Below, one piece after another: positions 43,872 to 53,800 of a DNA stretch of 64,000 nt. How positions within the stretch are numbered: the first letter of the stretch is position 1; each line of letters begins with the position of its first letter. A program made the translations under genes and the position numbers. The notes beneath the pieces are model-generated. The model was not told the DNA's origin and ran no database searches. It saw only the letters and a list, made by a program, of their open reading frames with translations. The stretch is from Diplonema japonicum (lineage: Eukaryota; Protista; Euglenozoa: Diplonemea). The stretch covers positions 310,001-374,000 of the forward strand of contig OZ025734.1 in assembly GCA_964019335.1 (NCBI GenBank), given 5' to 3'.

Positions 43872-44650
43872 TCAGCAGGCAATAAGAACATTCGCATTGC
43901 AGGCTTGCTGCTCAGAAGCCCAACCCTCAACAGCGTGTTACAGAGGTTCTCATCGCCCTTCGAAATGTCATATCTGACACAAGCGCGAAGACCTAACGCT
44001 GCACAGGTGTCTGTCGCAGCAACGAAAGGCGCTTAAGCTGTGTGGGCCGTCTCTTTTAGGTTTCATCTCAGAGAGGACAAGTCACGGTGCACTCCGCAAA
44101 GGGGGTCATCAGAGGCCGTGTGCAAAACTCTTATGGTTTTTAGATGCCGAATATCAAGGTTTTCCTTTGGTAGTTCTTTTGTTCAGAAGGAATCCAACTT
44201 TTTCAAAAATATCGATCTCAGCTGGAAAAGGAGAACCCTTTCCATCGAGTGGTTAATTAAACATGTATTTTGAACGATCATCATTTTTGCAAAAACCCAA
44301 CACACAGCCAAGTAGATCACATCTCAGAGAGGACAAGTCACGGTGCACTCCGCAAAGGGGTCATCAGAGGCCGTGTGCAAAACTCTTTATTGCGAAATCA
44401 GCAACAAGATAAGGTATAATCGGATAAGCCCTACCCTCACAGCGTGTTGCAGAGGTTCTAAGAGTCCTCATCGCCCTTCGAAATGTCATATCTGACACAA
44501 GCGCGAAGACCTAACGCTGCACAGGTGTCTGTCGCAGCAACGAAAGGCGCTTAAGCTGTGTGGGCCGTCTCTTTTAGGTTTCATCTCAGAGAGGACAAGT
44601 CACGGTGCACTCCGCAAAGGGGGTCATCAGAGGCCGTGTGCAAAACTCTT
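43872..44650 (-). ncRNA. snoRNA array 5 (chimeric CD1/CD3, AGA2, AGA1, CD2, AGA1, CD3, AGA2, AGA1)
   Basis: Same modules plus CD3. Confidence 0.82.
44398..44474 (-). ncRNA. CD3: candidate box C/D snoRNA
   Basis: GCGATGA (variant C box) ... CTGA (D), 77 nt, inside the array. The tract ACTCTTAGAACC resembles the complement of LSU GG(C/U)UCUAAG. Confidence 0.55.
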
Positions 44651-44801
44651 TTATCGTCCAACATAGGTTAGTAGTTAAAAAGAAATCCATTTTTGAGCGC
44701 AAGAAGGGGGGGGGGGGGGGGGGGGGGAACGAATTACTAAATGTTAGAGGTCTCAACTTAAGTGGAGATAGAAGAAGAAAAAAAAGGGGGAAAAAAAAAA
44801 A

Positions 44802-47800
44802 CTACATCAGCCCCTTTGTGGAAACAGCGGGGCTCTGAGGAGGGGAAATACTAACTTCCGCACTGCCTTCCCTGTCTCTGGCCGATCTCGGCGTCCCTTC
44901 GGGGGTGCTCCGCTGACTGCCTCTCCGCATGAAGGACTGAATGCTTAGCGACTTCCGCAACCTGGACTTCGGAACGTTCTCAGGCCCCTCTAACATCCGG
45001 ATATAGTTGGCAGCTGGGTTGGGACGCGACCGTGAAAACGTGGGAGTAGGAGGCGGCTCTACAGAAAGGGGTGGAACAACTTCGTTGTCCTGTGGCACGT
45101 CATTTGTTTCCTCTGCCCCCTCTTCTTCTACATCGGGAAGGGTGACAACAGGTTGTGCCGCGGTTTGTTGCTTCATGTCAAGCCACTGCTCGGTAGTGAG
45201 CTCCATTTCAAGTGGATTGAGGATGTGGTCGCTGATGTCCTTTGTGCCCTGCATGGTGCGCTCCACAAAGTACTGTTGCCTGTATGGCAGCACGCTGGCG
45301 GCTGCTGCCAGGCTTGCCAAGCCAACTTTCTGTTGAGACTCAACACCCTTTAACCATTCGCGTGTTTTATTCTTTTTCTTACCCATAAGCGCGCACCATG
45401 TGTCGATTATGTTGTTCTTCATGACTGCGAAGATCTCCATGAAGGTGACGTCTCCGTCGCCGTCTTCGTCGAAGGCCCCCAGCAGGGCTGTTTGGAATCG
45501 ACGGTGTTTCCCTTGCAAGACGAACAACGTCTTCCAGATCCAGAAGTAGCACAGAACCAACGCAAGAACTGTGAGGAGGTTCACCGTTATCAGTGCGAGC
45601 TTCGCCATCAGGTTCACATGCTCTGCTAGCCCGTCTGTGAAGTATATCAACGCGATGTTCATGGTGATCACCTGTGACGTGAGGATCAGCGTTTCCGTGC
45701 TGTGGTTCGCCTCTGCGATGAAGGGGTGCAGCACGAGGTTCAGAAACAAGAAGAACCCGATGACCCACTGCACGATGTAGATCTTGTTCCACAGCGACGA
45801 CGTGAACGTACCGATAATCACCACCAACAGCTTTCTGGTCATCACCACAAATTCCCAGTACCAGTAGTCTGGCTTCAGCCCTCTGAACAAAAACCCCACC
45901 TTCGTCCTCACCGATGTGTGTTCCAAACACCAACTGTTCAGATACATGTAATAAATACACGCTCCCGGGATCGCGAGGCAGTACACGCAGAAGCACACGA
46001 TGTTCCCCACAACATAGCTCCACCAGCGTGTTGTGTAGCACTGCACCCTCGGATCGGCCTTCAAATAGTAATCGCCGTGGGGCCCGATCTGCGAGCAGGG
46101 GAAGAGCCCAGCCATGATAGAGAGCATCAAGGGGTACATGAAGAAGAAGAAGACGATGAGCGAGCAGCTGACCTTGTCGTGCAGGCCTGTCTTCCATTCG
46201 TCGAAGATTATTACGGTCGAGGGCTCAGGTGCTGGGTAATATCTCCTGTCAGTGCCTGTGACACGGAAGATGACGTCATGCTCGCCAAGGATGTGCCCTA
46301 CAACAGAGAAATGAACCTCAGAAGTTTCGGACGTGAATGCGAAAACAGGCGGCACAAATGTGAGGCCTGCACCGGTCGGGATCAGCGTCACGTCTGTCGG
46401 CGGGGCTTTCGTCACCAACGCTACGAGAAGCTGCGACTCCGTTCCTCTAAAAAGGTCTGGGAAGTTCGGCATCACGAAGCCTCTCGCCAAGTTCGCCATC
46501 TGGCTCTTCCGCTTGGACATCATTTCCGTCTTGCGCTCTTCCTCCTTTTTGCTCAGTGCAGTGTTAGGGATGAGATACCCCACAATATCAGTGATCAAAG
46601 CAGGCACATGACCCCCATCACTTTCCTTCTCGCTGTCTTCTAACAAGAAGGTGATGTCTGTATCGAACGTGAGGCTCGACTTCACATCGTCCTCTTCTTT
46701 CGTCTTCAGAGCTTGATACAACTGCACAGCCACGCCGCCTACCCACAGCAGGACCGTTACCACCACAGGGAGGAGCATCATGAAAAGCCATATGTCGTAG
46801 TAGTTGGAGTCGAAAAGGCAGCTGATGGGACCGATGCCAGTGTGCAGGCTGAACACCTTTTTGATCAGGGAGTAGAACCCAGACATTCCGGAGGGCCATT
46901 GTGTTTTCCCGTCGCTGGACGCCGCCACCATCTGCAGCCAAGACAGCACTTGCTTCATTTGGATGAAGCCCACACTCTTGACACCCTTCACGTTGTCGAT
47001 GTATGTGGTGTACATTACACCGCCGACCACCACCACCACCGCAAGGCATATGAGGAAGAATAGGATGATGTCAAGCCACAAAGGGTTGCACTTCTGGCAG
47101 ATGTCACCAGAAAACCCGTACCCAGACTGGCAGTCCATGCACAGAATGCTGGTGTTCAGGTGCCCCACTCGGCACTGTGGTGCTTCGGTTACGTCACTAG
47201 GTCCCGTGCAGGCAGAGGACGGCCAGCACTTGTAAAAAGTTGTGTAGTGGTCGTAAACGACTGCTCTTTGGTCCGCATTGGCGATATCAAGCAAGGCAGG
47301 GACGTCTGTTAACGGCCACCTCCAGTGTCCCTTCGAGACACGGATGGTCCATGTCCCATCGCACATACCCCCCACAGGACATGGCTTGCAGTCGGGTGTG
47401 AACAGCACTGCGTACTCACCAGGCAGGCAGTTTGCCCTCACAAGGGGGCTCGTGACCACCGGGGCAACCTCAGGTGAGCTTGGCATGCTGAACTCGATGC
47501 TGTACTCGACGCCATAGAGGGCATGGGCCATGGTGATCCTTTCACACGAGCACACGAACAGGTTCGTGAACGAGTCGGGTCTGAAGATCCATTTCTGGCC
47601 CACGTTGCTGTCGTTGAACTCTTTCTCCGCCTGGTTGCTGATGACCTCTGCCTGCAGTACCATCGTCACGCTCGGTGCTACGGGATTGTCCGCGTTGTCC
47701 AGCAACTCTACCACAGGCGCTGCCAGCTGCCGTGCTGGGTTCACAATCCTATCAGGCTCCTTGATGATCCTCAGCACCGAACCAGACCCCGCAGTCACTT

Positions 47801-50800
47801 CAAACTTGTATTTCTGCCTGATCCTAGGACCCTCGCTCCTTGCTAGCCCGGGCAGCGCGCTATACACTTCGAAGGTAAGCTCGCAGATGGCAGCCTTTGG
47901 TCGCTGCAGGTGTAGACCTCCTAGTACAGCTTGTCCCTTCCCGAGGCTCACATAAGGCATGCCACTGATGCCATGCAGCTTGACAGCACCATGGTAGTTC
48001 AGCGTTGTCACGATCGACTGTTGGTTGACCACGACGGAGGTTATGCAGTTCACTCTGTGGCTGACCGTGACATGCAGCTCCTCCTGCATGAGGGGGTAGA
48101 TGGCGTGCTTGCTAGCGTCGATGCTCTTGATATCCAACAGGGGGAACGTGGAGACCGACATCGACGGCAGCTTGATGTAAGTATCTTCCGTTCCATTCTT
48201 TGTCACGCGCAGCTCGGTAATGCTGCCGACCACCTCGTAGGGCACTTTCCTGACGGACTCGAGGCTCCCATCTTGGCTCAGCTTGAGAAAGGAGCTCCCC
48301 TTCGTGCTTGAACGGAACCAAGCAGGCTGCACGCAGGTCGCTAAGTTCGATGATAAATACACAGCAGGGACTGTGGTATGGTGCGTGTCGTCATAGAAGG
48401 AGCACATGAGGTACCCTCCGAAGTCGAAGCCATAGCCACTGACTGTAACTACAGCACCACCTGTGGTGAGGCCTTTGGCAGGCACAGCGGCTACAGGCGT
48501 GGCGCTGAACACTCGTCGCAGCTTTGCGTTGTTGTTGCTGGTGTACCTCTCGGGCCCTGCGAACGACACATCGACGGGGCTCCCAGAACACCCCGCATTG
48601 CTGTGGTTCACTGTCATGCACACGACGCTGGTCGCGTTGTAACGCAGCACTTCCATCTGTTGGGTTCCCACACGGCACAGGGGCAGCTCTCCACCAGACA
48701 GCGTCGGGAAGCCTTTCCCCAGAACGGTCACCGGCGTGCCACCCCTTGCATCTGCCACATTAGGCACGACAGCCTCCACGTAGTACGTGTTCAGCGTCAC
48801 AAGGCGCACGTTGCTCAATGAGCTGGACAATGCGTACAAAGCATGAGAACTGTTCGAGATGGTGAAGTCGTGTACCGCCTCTGCCTGCCCTGCGTAGTAC
48901 GTGAACTGCAGTGAGCCTGTAACACGCAAAGGAGACGTGCTAAACCTGTACATCCAAGCAGGCTCTTCCTTCCCATCAACAATGGGGACAACGCTGACGT
49001 ACCCGGACCCTGAACCGAGCTCTACCTGAAGCTTGGTCACCTTCCATGTTCCTGTGGTCTGCATCACGTCGGTGCAGTTGTTAGACATCGCGCAGTCCAC
49101 CATTGTTACAGGAGGCACCTTGAAGAGCTCCAGTTTGTTCACTCTAACTAATTTCAGGTAGTCCCTGTCCCGAACGGCCACGTACCACCAGTCCCCTGTC
49201 GCGAAGAAGCTTTCGTACGAGATGTCGCCGTGCAGCTGGCTGAGGCCCGGGGTGTCCTTCCAATCCACAACTGAAACAATGGCACCTGTAGTGCTATCGG
49301 TGAGCATGGCAGTCAAGCCATGCTGGCCATCGAGAGCCCCTGCCACTGCTATGTAAGCTCCGTCGCTGTACGCGAAGACGAACGTGTTGTAGGCCTGTAG
49401 GCTCTGCGTGTGCAGTATGGTGTTTTTTGCAAAACGCAGCTCCAACGAATCAACCGTCTCGTAGATGAAGCACCACAAGTCACCCACAGCAAGGGTCTCT
49501 TTGAGGACAGGCACACTCTGCAGCTGGGCGTACCTAGAAAGCACAGCATGCTCCCTACTTGCAGCGAACAGCTGCAGCGTGGATTTTATTGTGAGGTTCG
49601 CCCGCCACAGAACCAAAAGCTCCACACCCCCAAAGCCTCCTTCGGCTATGAGATCGACAGTGGAGGACTTTAGCTCACTGCCGATTATCTTTTTGTTAAA
49701 GTCCACAGATGCCGAGTAAGTCTTAGAATACTGCAGAGCACCGCCGGACAGCACGAAGACAGCAATCGGGGTGCTTGTGACCATTACCCAGTTCACCAGG
49801 GGATCGTAGATTGTGATTGCCGTGCCAGTGTCCTTGTAGCTGATGCTTGCAGGTGCTGACAGCGCAGACCCACTCCGTGTGATACCCACGTCCACAGACT
49901 GGCAGCTGATACCAATGTAGCCTGCTTTGCAGCGATCGCAGCTCGTCCCAGCAAAGTACCCATTAACAGGATCTGCGTAGCAGCTGCACGCTCCAGTCAA
50001 CTGGTTGCACATGTACATATTACCGCTGCAGCTGCAATGCTGAAGACACTTACTGCCCCAGAACCCTGCCTCACACCTCTCACAAAGGTCTCCACCCCAA
50101 TAGCCATGTGTGGAATTTCGTATGCATTCGCACCTGTTGGCACCGCAGTTCACCGCGTCCCTTCTGTACTGCTGACAGTGTATTTCCACCTTGCAGTACG
50201 TCTGGCAGGCCTCCCCGAAGTAGTCTGGGTCGCATGTGCACTGCCCCGTGCCTGTGTTCCCATCTGAGCAAACTCCGTTGGCGTTGCAGTGTCTTATCCT
50301 CCTCGCGTACACGGTGTAGCCAAGGCATTCCGCATCGCACATCGGGCCATAATACCCCTGATGACATATGCATTCCTTTCCCTTAGTGGCACCATTGATG
50401 CATGGCTGGGTGCAGTTCTCACCAACCCATCCTGAAGCGCACACGGTGCACGAACCTGTTGCATCGTTTGCCCAGTAGCCAGGAAGACCTTGCGAACATG
50501 CGCACAGCGGATCATACTGCAGGCAGATGCCGTTTCCGTTGCACGGGATACCGTTAGGAAGTATGCCGTCGCACCTCGTGTTACAGTCGCTACCGCGCCA
50601 TCCTGTGTCACATGTGCATTTCCCGTCCCCTGTTGCGCCGTCGTTGCATACACCGTGCAGTTCGTACTTTAGCAGAGTGCTGTTGTAAGCACCGCAGGGA
50701 CTTCTGAAGGACCCAGGGCACTCGACGTCACACAACGCAGATGCAAAGCCAGGGAGGCACGTACACGTCCCTTGGTTGTTGCAGGACCCCTGACCCAGCA

Positions 50801-53800
50801 CGCAGTCGGGACACTTCAGCTCACACATTGTGCCCACATAGCCTGTGTCGCAAATGCATTTGCCCGAGCCTGCCTTTCCTTGGTCACATAAACCATGGTT
50901 GCTGCAGGGTACCAAATGACCCGCCGATGCTCCAGGGCACCAGTTTTGGCACTGCTGACCCCATCGAGGCCCGCTGCACATGTACTGCTGACAGTTGCTC
51001 CGGCCAACCAAGTCACACGCAGTGCCGCAGCGTACCTCAGCAGAACTACTGCATGTAATACAGACAGCAACAGCAGAGCCATTCAGTGCAGGGACACACT
51101 GCCCGAACCCGGAACAGGTTTGAGGCCCGCAACCCACGCAGGTTGCAGCCTCGGGACATTTGTATGAGCAGCCCGTTTCCACAGATGTATACTGCGGCAG
51201 GCACGTCGAGCAGTCAACACCAGTCCAGTAGCCTTGCTCGCGTGACGCGTGGCATTGACACCTCCCTGTGACCTGGTCACACGTGCCGTGCAGGGAACAC
51301 GGGGCAACAGCACCCCCTGAACACTCAATGTCGCACCCCGCTCCAGCCCAGCCACTCTGGCAGGTGCACGTTCCTGTAACTACGTCGCAAGTACTCACAA
51401 CACCTCTACCAGAGCACGGTACGCCATTGCCGCTCCCCGGGCAGGGGCTGGTGCAGCCTGGGCCCCAGTAGCCAACCATGCATGTCTGACATGATGTAAC
51501 AGAGTCCCAGTGGCCATTCATGCTGTCGCTGTGGCAGACACACACGGGTGCCTGAGTGGCGATATCCCATTCACACATGCCGTGTGTGTTGCAAATCCCT
51601 TCTGCGGTGTTCAGCCCAGGGCAGGGTGAGCCGCATGTGGCGCCCACCCAACCTTCGCTGCACGTGCAGTTGCCAAAGCCTATTTTCCCGTCGCTGCATA
51701 TGCCGTTCCCGGAGCAGGCGTATTCGTTCGTAGAAGGGCATGACTTGTCGCACAGGCTACCATAAAAGCCTACTTGGCACTCATTGCAGTCAGCCCCCAT
51801 CCATGCCTGCCCGGGGACAAGGCATACACATTGCCCATCACCTGTACGGCCTTCCTTGCAGATACCCCTTCCGTGGCAGATGCCCTCCGGAGTATTAAGC
51901 CCAGAGCAAGGCAAGATGCAATCCCTCTCGTAATAGTTCGGGGCGCACTCGTCACACCTAGCCCCCACCCAGTACCCGAATATGTTGTCGAACAGGCATG
52001 AACATGTTCCCGTTCCGTGTATCCCGTCCGAGCATGTCCCGTGCCCGCTGCAAGGGTTGCAGGCACCGCCAGGACACTCTTGGTCGCAGTTAAGTCCGAA
52101 ATATCCAACAGTGCATTCCTCACACGCTGTGCCACCCCAAGATCCCGTCGCACCGCCATTGTCGCATAAGCAGCTCCCCGTACTTGCTTCGCAGAATCCA
52201 TGCCCACTGCAGGTGTAACTAAAGCCGGGTGCGTGTCCCGGGCATGTCTCGTTGCACAACGGCAGGAAGAACGGTGTCTGGCATCTGTCGCAGACCACAC
52301 CGTCCCAGTAGCCACCGAGCCTTGATGCTTCGCATGTGCACGACCCGTCGGTCGGTGAACAGGTGCCGTGACCTGAACAGGGGTTCGCAGCGCCTCCGAA
52401 GCATTCGATAGTGCACCCGTCACCTGCGTAGCCAGGTAAACAGCTGCACAGTCCCGTTCCTGTATGCCCATCGCTGCAGATGCCTCTGTTGATTCCGCCG
52501 CACGGGTTGCCGATGTTGGCACCTGGGCAAGATTGTTCGCAGTACTGACTGCTGTACCCTACCTTGCACACGCAGACACCATCAACGTTGCAAACACCAC
52601 CGTCTGCCGCGTAGCAAGTGCTGCAGTCATGTTCACATGCCACGCCAGCTCTGCCTGGGTTGCAGATGCACCTCCCGCTGCCATACTCGCCTGAATCACA
52701 CGAGCCGTGTCCTGAACACACGAGGTCCAAGTTGGTAGGGCAAAAACACCCACAGACCCCCGCGCTGCATGTTGCGGGGTTGCCCCAGTTCTCAGCAGAT
52801 GGGCAGACCGCAAGCGCGCATTCCATAGTAGTTCTTCGGCAATCCGAACCACAATACCCGCCGATGCAACTGCAACCAGAGTCCCCGCACGAGCCATGAC
52901 CGAAGCACTCCCTGCCGTCGGAGTCCACTGCGCATACAGACAGGCAGCTGCCCCCTGACCAACCCAGCCCACAACTAGAGCAGTCTGTGCCGGCCCAGTA
53001 GCCTGAATCAGGTCCGCTATAACACGTGCATCTACCGTTGGTACCGCACTCACCATGCCCGTCGCACACCGTGTCTGGCATTCCCGGGCACATGATTTCA
53101 CATGCTGTTCCACCCCATCCGACGTCACAGCTGCACTTGCCAGTCCCCAAGAAGCCTGCATCGCACCTACCGTTACCAGAACATGCGGCACCACCAGGGC
53201 ACCTGTGTTCGCACTGCAGTCCGTAGTAGTCAGCACTGCACACATCACAGTCCCTCATGGCATCCCATCCCTCAGACACGCATGTGCATGTGCCATCGCC
53301 GAACACCGTGTCGTTGCAGATGCCGTGGCCATAACAAGGCTCACCTACTACTAGCAAACCGGGGCATGGTGTGCACAGCGAACCAGTGAAGTTGGTGGCA
53401 CAGGACGTGCAATGACCTGTTCCGTTCATGCCATAATCGCAAATCCCTTCTGAGGGACACAAACAAGGCTGTACACAGTCGAGTCCGAAGTATCCTTCTT
53501 TGCACCTCTCGCAATCCACACCGTCCCAGTGTCCTGTTATCTGTGAGCTCATGCATATGCATTCTGCAGCGTGAGTGCAAACGCCGTGGCCTGAGCATCC
53601 CTTTTCACCAGGCTTCCCACACATCGGACGGAAGAACAGCAGCACCCTTTCCGTGCTCCATTCACCGTTCATCTCGATTGTAACTGGTGACTGCATGGTC
53701 GTGGATCTCGGGTAGTCCCCGCACAGCAGCCGTCCTTCATCCAGGTACGTCTGTGTCCCGCAGCGCTCACCGTTGATATGCACGTGAATAGTGTCAGTGG

